Assembly (NCBI GenBank): GCA_944324255.1
Contig: CALUVM010000009.1
Coordinates: 211 to 64,210 of the forward strand
DNA: 64,000 nt
Origin: Candidatus Gastranaerophilales bacterium
GTDB lineage: Bacteria; Cyanobacteriota; Vampirovibrionia; Gastranaerophilales; Gastranaerophilaceae
Reading direction: 5' to 3'
Numbering within the stretch: position 1 is the first letter of the stretch; each line of letters begins with the position of its first letter. The notes below the pieces were generated by a model. The model was not told the DNA's origin and searched no databases. It saw only the letters and a program-made list of their open reading frames with translations. The translations under genes and the position numbers were made by a program. Positions 37,730 to 46,600 of this stretch are shown here, piece after piece.

Positions 37730-38071
37730 TTCTAATACCATGCAAGGACGTACTTTTTTTAGAATAATGATTGACAATCTGCTTGTTAACAATGCTTTAT
37801 GCCGGGCATTGTCCGCTTTCGTAAATTTTTGTAACGAACAGAGGTATTATAATAGAAAAGAATTAAAGTTTTTGAAAAAAATGCCGTTAAATAATATTAA
37901 AGATAATAGTGTTTATTCAAAGAAGTTTATCTTTAATAATACAAAACATTCCGGAGCAAGCTTTAAATAAGATGTTAACATTTGTAACAAAAAAACTGAA
38001 TATACGGCAATTATTAACGTTCACATGTTTTATTATACATGTAGGTTCTTTATGTATAGGAGAAAAAGCCT

Positions 38072-38341
38072 ATGCGTGAGGAAATACAAACAAATATAAA
38101 ACGGTTAGTGAACTTTATGAATTTTGCCCGCTCGTTTTTTGTACGGAAAAATCCATTCAAGGCACTGGCTGTAAGTTTAATTTCAAGCCTCAAGGAAATG
38201 CTCACAATCAGACAAAAGCTGAAAATGGCAAAGTACAGGGTTAACTATCACAAGCACCAGCTGTATAAAATGGAAAGCTTGATAGCAGAAAGTAATGAAC
38301 ACACATTCCTGAAAGGTAAGAACTTAAACGAAACCAGATAA
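38072..38341 (+). CDS. hypothetical small basic helical protein (89 aa)
   Basis: SD aggaga 8 nt upstream. First gene of a tight three-gene unit. Confidence 0.5.
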   Translation: MREEIQTNIKRLVNFMNFARSFFVRKNPFKALAVSLISSLKEMLTIRQKLKMAKYRVNYHKHQLYKMESLIAESNEHTFLKGKNLNETR

Positions 38342-38362
38342 CCAAACCGGAAGGAAAAGTGT

Positions 38363-38692
38363 ATGGGATTAATTACATCAACATATAGAATGATGTACCT
38401 GACAGCCTACAAGCTGACTTTGGAATCAAAGCTTCAGTGGATAGCAACTGCAAAAATGGAATTGGTTGCATCTTCCGATGAAATTTTGTCATTAGGAAAC
38501 GATCTTGATCCGGACAATCCGGCTGTTAAGCAACTGGAAGCCAGACGAGAACGTTTAACTGTACTGGAGAAAAAATTAGATATTCAAATGCAGGAATACC
38601 AGACAAGATTAGACATGGTTAATGCAGAACTCCAATCCTGTAAGAGTGCAGTAGATTCAAGTATACAAAACTCTTTCAGCTATCATTTTTAG
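38363..38692 (+). CDS. hypothetical 109-aa helical-hairpin protein, a minimal paralog of the 528-aa protein
   Basis: By eye, 12 of the first 34 residues are identical to the 528-aa protein without gaps. Shared C-terminal K..VD..(V/I)(E/Q).SF motif. Confidence 0.65.
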   Translation: MGLITSTYRMMYLTAYKLTLESKLQWIATAKMELVASSDEILSLGNDLDPDNPAVKQLEARRERLTVLEKKLDIQMQEYQTRLDMVNAELQSCKSAVDSSIQNSFSYHF

Positions 38693-38699
38693 GAAATAA

Positions 38700-39920
38700 A
38701 TGAAAATTAATGTCATTAATAACTATAGCTTGACTCACAACAATAGAGAAACAAGCTTTCATAAGACCGCAGCTAATCCGGTGTGCAATAATTCGAGAAA
38801 TGAAGCACACCAGAAAGTATTTTCAAGCCATTTAGGTTTTCGGGGCGGAATACCTTTAACCAGTCTGGTTAATGATTATAAGTGGTTTATTAATAATGAC
38901 AAACTTCCGGCAATTAATTCTTTTTTGAAAATTGAAGCCCCTAAAGAATCTTTAAACCAATTATTAAAATATATTTTATCTAATAATGATACAAGCTATG
39001 AGTTTATTGACAGTCTTGTCAACCAGCCAAGAAATATTTCACAAATTTACAGACAACTCAATGAAAAATTACCTTTTGATGCAGATATTCTTGATATGTA
39101 TTCTCCAAATAGTTTGTACTTAAAAGCTTATGAAAAATATATGGATGAACGTTATAAAAATGCTTCATCCGTATCAGAGCTACTAAAAATTCGTCCCGAC
39201 TGGAGAGAAGACGTTCTGCTGAACAAACACAGAGAACTGTATCATAATAATGATTTTGAATTAGGATTCGTTCCTGATAGTATCGGAGCAGAAAACTTTA
39301 ATCAACTGGCAGAGCATCTGCGTAAGTATTGTACAATAGGATTTAAAGTCCAAAAAGAGATTCCGGATTTAAATATTAACGGTAAATGCTTCAAATTTAA
39401 ACAATATATTGACGGAAAATCAGATAAAAATGTATTTAGAATTGATACTCCGGATGGAGAAAAATTCGTTATCAAGATGGCTTCTCCTTCTCAAAACGGA
39501 TTAAATCTTGCAGCCGGATTAGGAACTCTGAGTCTGGTTGATACTTATTTAACACAAAATAAATGCAGAAATGCTGCTCCATTGAGATACTATAACAAAA
39601 ACAACAATATAGCTATATATGATCATATTAATCACAGTACAGTTGAACAAATACGAACATCAATAAGTGATTTATCCGCTAAAATGCCTGATTTTAAAAA
39701 TCTCGGGCTTGAAATTAATGATACTATCGGGGCTAATAATTATTTCAAACTGGAACCGTCACAAAAAGCAATGGAATCGGCTTATGATTTTAACTATGGA
39801 ATTTTGCATGATGAAGTTGTATCGGTTGATAATGACCATTCCACATATAGCCAGATTCTGTTTCCGATAATTGATAAATATCACAAATACCTGCCGAACG
39901 AAATGCACATGTTCTTCTAA
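38700..39920 (+). CDS. hypothetical 406-aa protein; the C-terminal half has possible protein-kinase-like fold signatures
   Basis: GKSDKNVFRIDTPDGEKFVIKM (G-loop/VAIK-like, K259), INDTIGANN (D341-x4-N346), VSVDND (D377). Motifs read by eye only. Confidence 0.6.
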   Translation: MKINVINNYSLTHNNRETSFHKTAANPVCNNSRNEAHQKVFSSHLGFRGGIPLTSLVNDYKWFINNDKLPAINSFLKIEAPKESLNQLLKYILSNNDTSYEFIDSLVNQPRNISQIYRQLNEKLPFDADILDMYSPNSLYLKAYEKYMDERYKNASSVSELLKIRPDWREDVLLNKHRELYHNNDFELGFVPDSIGAENFNQLAEHLRKYCTIGFKVQKEIPDLNINGKCFKFKQYIDGKSDKNVFRIDTPDGEKFVIKMASPSQNGLNLAAGLGTLSLVDTYLTQNKCRNAAPLRYYNKNNNIAIYDHINHSTVEQIRTSISDLSAKMPDFKNLGLEINDTIGANNYFKLEPSQKAMESAYDFNYGILHDEVVSVDNDHSTYSQILFPIIDKYHKYLPNEMHMFF

Positions 39921-40423
39921 GAACTGATTATTTTGTCCATTCTTATGTCAAATTTATCAGGACAGATTGTTTCAACAATCAGCTCTCCGGGGATGCAAAC
40001 GATTTTTACAGCTTTCAAATCCTGTAAAAACCTGTCATAAAATCCCCTGCCGTAGCCTAACCGGTAATTATTTCTGTCACAGACAAGAGCGGGAACTATT
40101 ATTAAATCCATAAGATTCGGATTGCACTCCTCGGTCAGAGGTTCTTTTGTATTAAAGACAGAATCTGAAAGAATTGTATCTTCTGTAAATGGACAACACT
40201 GCAAGCTATCACCGTCAATTCTTGGAAGGTAAAACTTTTTTGTTTTATCTTCAAGTATAGGGAGCAAGTTCACCTCATTATCTTTAGGATAAAAAATCAT
40301 TATATTTCTAGCTCTGCTATATTCTTCTGATTGAAACAGTTTTTCAACAAGTTCAGCACTGATAGATTTCATATCAAGAGAGGCTCTTAAGGTTTTTGCC
40401 CATCTTCTTAAATCATCTTTCAT
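39917..40423 (-). CDS. 5-formyltetrahydrofolate cyclo-ligase
   Basis: EVNLLPIL, LPRI, DLIIVPALVCDRNNYRLGYGRGFYDRFL motif. Confidence 0.85.
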   Translation of the reverse strand: MKDDLRRWAKTLRASLDMKSISAELVEKLFQSEEYSRARNIMIFYPKDNEVNLLPILEDKTKKFYLPRIDGDSLQCCPFTEDTILSDSVFNTKEPLTEECNPNLMDLIIVPALVCDRNNYRLGYGRGFYDRFLQDLKAVKIVCIPGELIVETICPDKFDIRMDKIISS

Positions 40424-42078
40424 CAGACAATAGCTCCATGTGATGCGTCTTGAACCGTCCTTGCATACTTGGCAAGATAACCTGATTTTATTTTAGGAGT
40501 AAAAGGTTTAAGATTTTTTCTGCGCTCTTCCAGAGTCATATCATCAACTAAAAGATTGAGAGAACGTTTATTTATATTAATTTCTATAATATCTCCGTCC
40601 TCAATCAACGCAATTACCCCGCCTGATGCCGCCTCCGGGCATATATGCCCGACACAGATTCCTCTTGTACCGCCGGAAAACCTTCCGTCAGTTATTAGAG
40701 CGGCTTTTGTACCTAAACCTTTTCCTACAAGAAGAGAAGTCGGAGCAAGCATTTCTCTCATACCGGGTCCGCCTTTAGGACCTTCATAGCGAATGACAAT
40801 AACATCGCCTTCTTTAATTTTATTATTCTCAAGAGCTTTCATTGCTTCTTCTTCCGAGTTAAAAGTTTTTGCTTTACCCTTAAATTCATAGCAACTCTCA
40901 TCTACAGCCGAAATTTTTATTACAGAGCCTTCCGGAGAAATATTGCCGTATAAAATTCCGAGTCCGGGTTTTGTGGTAAAAGGCTCGCTGTATTCGTGGA
41001 TAACCGATTTATCAATATATGTATCTTTTACAAGCTCTGAAGTTTTCTTTAGAGTAACACCTTTCAAGTCTTTAAAATCTTTCACACCGTCAAGAAGCAC
41101 TTTTTCAACAGCACTTATACCGCCTGCATTATGGAATCCTGTCATTGTAATAGTGGAGGAAGGTTCCAGCTTTACTATTTGATGTATTTTTGCGCTTAAT
41201 TCTTCAAAATCTTTCAATGTTACATCAACTCCCGCTGCGTTAGCCAGAGCCAGAATATGCAGGAATGAATTTGTAGAGCCTCCCAGTGCTAAATCGGCAA
41301 TAATTGCGTTTCTCAATGAATCTTTAGTAATAATTTCTGACGGTAAAAGATTTTTTCTTACCAGATCAACTATTTGGATACCGCTTTCAAAAGCTATTCT
41401 TCTTTTAAGGGAAGATACTGCAGCTGAAGTTGAACAGAAAGGCAGGCTCATTCCCATAATCTCTGTCAAACATGCCATTGTATTTGCTGTATACATTCCC
41501 TGACAAGCTCCTGCTGACGGACAGGAAGCTTCTTCAAGTTCAAGAAGCCGTTTTTCATTTATAACCCCGTCACGATACTTACCTACAGACTCAAAGGCGC
41601 CTCGAATCATGGTTAATTTTTCACATTTACTTTCCCCGTCAAGCATAGGACCTGCTGTTACAATTACGGCAGGTATATTGATTCTTGCAGCTGCAATAAG
41701 CATGCCGGGAGTAATCTTATCACAATTTGAAAGCAAAACAAGTCCGTCAAGCTGATGCGCATTAGCAACGGTTTCAATACAATCCGCTATCAAATCTCTG
41801 GAAGGAAGGGAATAGCGCATCCCGTCATGTCCCATAGCAATTCCGTCACATACGGCAGGGACACCAAAAATAAAAGACTGTCCGCCTCCGGTATGTATTC
41901 CTTTTTCTATCTGGCGTTCAAGGTCGTGCATTCCGATATGACCGGGGACTAAATCCGAAAAAGAGCTAGCTATCCCTATAAACGGCGAGTTCATATTCTT
42001 TTTACTAACTCCCGTTGCCATTAAAAGACTTCTATGAGGGGTTCTGGCTATCCCTTTTTTTATATTGTCACTTCGCAT
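40423..42078 (-). CDS. ilvD: dihydroxy-acid dehydratase
   Basis: [19 protein letters not shown] start, [16 protein letters not shown]. Start taken at the ATG at 42078, downstream of a TGcTATTAT promoter and a GAGGA SD. Confidence 0.95.
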   Translation of the reverse strand: MRSDNIKKGIARTPHRSLLMATGVSKKNMNSPFIGIASSFSDLVPGHIGMHDLERQIEKGIHTGGGQSFIFGVPAVCDGIAMGHDGMRYSLPSRDLIADCIETVANAHQLDGLVLLSNCDKITPGMLIAAARINIPAVIVTAGPMLDGESKCEKLTMIRGAFESVGKYRDGVINEKRLLELEEASCPSAGACQGMYTANTMACLTEIMGMSLPFCSTSAAVSSLKRRIAFESGIQIVDLVRKNLLPSEIITKDSLRNAIIADLALGGSTNSFLHILALANAAGVDVTLKDFEELSAKIHQIVKLEPSSTITMTGFHNAGGISAVEKVLLDGVKDFKDLKGVTLKKTSELVKDTYIDKSVIHEYSEPFTTKPGLGILYGNISPEGSVIKISAVDESCYEFKGKAKTFNSEEEAMKALENNKIKEGDVIVIRYEGPKGGPGMREMLAPTSLLVGKGLGTKAALITDGRFSGGTRGICVGHICPEAASGGVIALIEDGDIIEININKRSLNLLVDDMTLEERRKNLKPFTPKIKSGYLAKYARTVQDASHGAIV

Positions 42079-42098
42079 AAAGTAAATCCTCATCTCGT

Positions 42099-42107
42099 AT
42101 AATAGCA
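42099..42107 (-). promoter_or_regulatory. extended -10 promoter TGcTATTAT for ilvD (with a leader and SD)
   Basis: The minus strand reads TGcTATTAT, then 20 nt including gaggat, then ATG. Confidence 0.45.
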
Positions 42108-42156
42108 CAAAATGAGGGGAAAGTGATTAGTTGTCTAAAAGATGTTAAAATGATAA

Positions 42157-43482
42157 TTATGCATATTGAGTAATAATTGTATTAAAAGCTGAAGCTACCT
42201 GCGGGTTGACATCTTTATCTTTTTTAATTATTTGACCAACCTCAAACAGAAGTTCCTGCTGACCCTGCTCGGTTTTTAATTTATTATTAACGTTGATCTG
42301 GTTAGCTATATCATCTCCGACAAGAGCTTTTGTAACTTTTCCGGTGAGCCACATACCAATTGCACCGCCTACCATACCGATAACACCGCCTATTGCAGTT
42401 CCTACACCAGGGCCGAAGAATGTTCCTATTTTAGCACCCAGAGCACCTGCTGCCCAGATACCGGCTGCTTCACCTGCTGCCCAACCTGCTGCGTTGCCTA
42501 AAGCTTTTACGGTTGTCTGTCCTAATTGTTTCATACCATAGTTCTGGGAAGCTTTACCTGCTGCCTTGTCTTCTTTATCTTTTGCAAATGCAGTTTTAAT
42601 ATTACCCATACCGAAGAAGAGTTCTATTCCTGCAAACAGAAGAGATGCGCCAATACCGCCTTTTTTCAAAGCCTGTTTGAATGTCGGGTTAAGCGGCGTT
42701 TTAAGAAGACCTTTAGTATTATTAGCAATTGTTGTTTTATCTGCTATTCTTGAAGCTACTGAAGGAAGTTCATTTTTTGAACCGGTGAAGAAGTTTTTAA
42801 CACCGTTAGTGAATTTGAACCAGCCGCCGTTATTTACATAAGCATGTTTTAATGTTTCGGAAGCTTTTGCTATTTCATCAATATTATTTGATTTTAAAGC
42901 TCGTTCCATTATTTCTTTTAATTGTTTATATTCCTCTGCTGAATATTTCTTTCTGAACAATCCAAGCTTCCAGTATTTACGGCTGGATGCTTTATGCATC
43001 TGGAAATATGCTTCCTGCATTACCTGATAGTTCTTATCCCAGAGAGCTTTAATATTCGGATCTTTGAACATTTTATGAACATCTCCGCTTCCTATTAAAG
43101 AGTTTATCGGGTGTGCTAAATAGCGGGGATTATTCATAACAGCACCCATAACACCCATGCCCATAATCGCACTGCCCAGGCTTTCAGAAGGGCTTAAAGA
43201 CTTAGCGTAATAATTTGCAAGAGTCTGCATATCTTTATTGTTTTGAAGGTTTGCGGAGGTTTGTTCTGCCTGTGCATTTGCTAATGCTGCTGAATTATAA
43301 TCATAAGCTGAATTATAATACATATCAGGATTAAGATATCCGTATGCATTAGCTAAAGAGTCATAAGAATTATAAGGTACGCCTGTATAATTATTAAAAT
43401 AATTCGGAACGGACATATTCAATCCAGGTGCTCCGTAAAGCATTGTTTCCATATTTAAGAGTGATTGAATTGGTGCTACCAT
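42157..43482 (-). CDS. hypothetical 441-aa protein: Tyr/Asn-rich N-terminus, helical middle, C-terminal glycine-zipper membrane segment
   Basis: NYFNNYTGVPYNSYDSLANAYGYLNPDMYYNSAYDYN, and GWAAGEAAGIWAAGALGAKIGTFFGPGVGTAIGGVIGMVGGAIGMWL. No signal peptide. Confidence 0.65.
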   Translation of the reverse strand: MVAPIQSLLNMETMLYGAPGLNMSVPNYFNNYTGVPYNSYDSLANAYGYLNPDMYYNSAYDYNSAALANAQAEQTSANLQNNKDMQTLANYYAKSLSPSESLGSAIMGMGVMGAVMNNPRYLAHPINSLIGSGDVHKMFKDPNIKALWDKNYQVMQEAYFQMHKASSRKYWKLGLFRKKYSAEEYKQLKEIMERALKSNNIDEIAKASETLKHAYVNNGGWFKFTNGVKNFFTGSKNELPSVASRIADKTTIANNTKGLLKTPLNPTFKQALKKGGIGASLLFAGIELFFGMGNIKTAFAKDKEDKAAGKASQNYGMKQLGQTTVKALGNAAGWAAGEAAGIWAAGALGAKIGTFFGPGVGTAIGGVIGMVGGAIGMWLTGKVTKALVGDDIANQINVNNKLKTEQGQQELLFEVGQIIKKDKDVNPQVASAFNTIITQYA

Positions 43483-43629
43483 ACCTAACTAACCCTATAA
43501 AATAATTAACCTTATATATATAAAGTTTTATCCCAGTTAAAAATTGACTTTTTTGTAAAGATATTTTAACAATCTAACAAAATAAATTTTTACCTTATTT
43601 AATTAAAAATATAGGATAAGAGGTAATAA

Positions 43630-46600
43630 ATGAAAGTTGAAAGTATACATTCCAAAGCTAATATTAAATTCGGAAGCAAAAGAACCGCAAGAAATATAAC
43701 AGAGCAGCTGGCTAAAAATAATCAATATTCTTTAACAGAGCCTAATCAAAGACAAATAACAAACTCAATAAAAGAACTCGCAAAGGTTCCGGGAGAAAAA
43801 AATGTAAACTTTCTTCTTGATACAGCATCAAAAGTTAAATATTCTACGAATATAAAACTTAAAAACGCTCCCAAACACAATTGGAAGAATTTGCTTCTTG
43901 CTGCTGCAACGACTGCCGCACTTATTACTCCGGCTATATTAAAAGACTCTTTTAATAAAAAGATAAATGAGATTCAAAATAATAAAAATTTGAGCAATGA
44001 AGAAAAAGAAATCTTAAACCTTAGAAAGAATCTTTTAAAATCAGCCGACCTGAAACAGATAAAAAAAGAAACCGTAGGTTCTATTAAAGATTTTGAAGCC
44101 AATCTTGATTATTTTATAGTATCAAGTGAAACAACAACAGAACATAAAAAGTATGTGCTTGAAAAGCTCAATTATTTTATGAGTGATGATTATCAAATTA
44201 ATCCTCAATTAAAAGATAAAAAGTCTATTGCTCTGGCTGAAATAGTTAACGATATGGCTCTTAACTCACCGGAAGAAAACATCCCTAATATTAAAGCTGT
44301 TAACCAAAAACAACACGGTATGTGTGCCGCAATTTCAATTGTCAGGAAAAAACTTGCATATGAAGATAAGCCTAATTACATAGACGCAATCCTTTCCGAG
44401 CTGGATTCAACCCCTTATCTTACTGTCTATGACAGAAATAAACTTTTTAGCAAAGAAAAAATACAGGTTCAAAAAGTTCCGGTAGACTTTGAAACAGCTC
44501 TTGCAAACGGATACAGGATTATTGATGCTTCAACCATGCACTGGATGCAAGTCGCTCAAATGTCAGGTTCAAGCAGTCTTGCGTATGATGAATACAGACC
44601 GTTTGATAAAGAAAATTTTGATGTAAATAAAGATGCTTTTTATAATGTCGGATTTGATGATCCAAAGCTCCAAAAGACCCAAAATTATTTTCAGGCGCTA
44701 AAAAAAGCTGAATCTGTACTCGCTGATTTAAAAGCTAATTATTTAAAAAAAGAAGAAATTAATAGTGATAAAAGAAATCGCTTTAACAAAAGAATTTCAA
44801 CTCTCCGTCAGATAAACGAAAGTCTGAGCAGAAATATCGCCTCACTAGACACCGGTCTGTCTGCCAATGAAATCCAGACTTTATTATCCGGTATTTTAAA
44901 ACTTAACAAACACTTTTCAGATAAAATTAACCCTGACGACAAATTTTCATATATTCCAAATGAAGAAACATCTGTCAAAAAAAATAAAATTAAAGGATAT
45001 ATAATTGAAAACAGTTCAATAAAAGATATTCCCGATGAAATTCTGGACAAAATTTATGATTTTGTTGAATTTCATTCATCTCTTCAAGGCAATCCGGCGA
45101 ACAAAAATAAAGCTATTACAGAAGCAAGAAGTTTATATAATGCAGCAGCAGCTTTCAGATACCAGATGATAAAAGGTTTAGATGAAGAAACTATGCTTGC
45201 GGGTTTTATCCGCAGTGAAGGTTTGAAGAATAAAGAATCTCTTCTGCTTGATACAGTTGATACGGCGATGTATAAGATTGACACCGACTCAGAGGATTCA
45301 AATGCTATAATAGAAAACCTTCTGACTGTTTTTGACCTTAAAAACCCTTCTAAAGAAAATGTTCTGGCATTACTTGGCGAATTAAAAGATTCCATAAATA
45401 CTATTCTTACTGATGAACTTGATTCAATATATGAAAAATTAACAATCCCCGGGGGAAGACGGGGTGCTTTAATTACCCAGCTTGAAGGCATAAAAAACCA
45501 GGCTCTCGCCGGAGATAAAGAATCCGGCTATGCACTGAAAGAAATTTTAAATATTAAAAAGCATTCAGATATTGAAGAAGCTGTCAGAGATTTGCAAACA
45601 GATATCTCTAATTGTGATGACGAAAGTTTTTTAGAAATATTTGACAATTTACACAATGTTTCACAAATTGAAAATATTGAAAATACATTCAACAATCTTA
45701 TTCAGGCAATGAACGGGGAAAATCAGCAAGAAATTATTTCAAGATTTGCGGAAGTTAATAATATAGCAGAAGGTCTTAGCGAAGATTTATTAAATCAAAT
45801 ACTTAATGAAATCGGAACTCAAATACAAACATACAAAAACTTTATTGAGAACTTGTATAAAGTTTTTACTGTTACGGATAAAGACGGAGAGATTATTATT
45901 TCACCTAACCCTAAAGATATAATTATAAAAAAATGGGAAAATGAAAAAACTATTATCCCTGCAAAAGACCTGAAAGAACTGCAAGAACACTTTACTAAAA
46001 TATCAAAAGACCGTTCGCAGGATGAATTTTCTACAAGGCAGGGAAAATTGCACGACAAAAGTCTGTATCAATTTTCCAGCAATGAAAAAGCTACGCTTAA
46101 TGAAATTAAAAAGAACATCAACCCGATGTTTTCCTATATTCAAAAACAAATACCTGCAGTACAGAAAGAATTAAAAGAACCTTTAGAAGAACTCAAACGC
46201 ATAGTAGGCTTACATAACGGAAGCTACTGGGTTAGAGAAGAAGGGCATTCCGGCTTGACTTCTGAAGAAGAAGTTAGGGTTCTTGAATACATGACAGGAC
46301 GCCCGCATTATGAAACTACAGACTTAAGGTTTGCTATGGAAAAAATTAAGAATTCCCCGTATTCAGGAATTTCCAGCTCTTCTGTCTATGATGATGCAAT
46401 GGGATGGCACGCTCAATATATAGCAGATATAAGACCGGTGAAAATAAAGAATAAGGAAGGCAAGGAAGAAGAAAAAGAAGTCTTGTTCCACGACAACAGC
46501 TGGGGAGCCTCCGAATACGAAAACACCTGGGTTGATTCAAACGGACTTACAAGAACAGACTACAGCGATAATAGAGGAGGCTCACTCGGGTATATTACAA

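Noticed and set aside
37716-37970. An 84-aa ORF in the 340-nt gap between the two units of the unknown-gene block.
   Set aside because: It has a TTG start with no SD, overlaps the end of the previous gene and has an unremarkable sequence. I treat the region as intergenic or regulatory. It does hold a weak hairpin at 37790-37811 and a TATAAT at 37848-37853.
43630-43680. A shared N-terminal (I/L)-x-F-x-G-like motif in proteins lacking signal peptides (IKFGS in the giant protein, LGFRGG in the 406-aa protein, ITFTG in the 261-aa protein), as a possible secretion tag.
   Set aside because: The motif is too short, sits at different distances from the N-terminus and cannot be tested statistically here.
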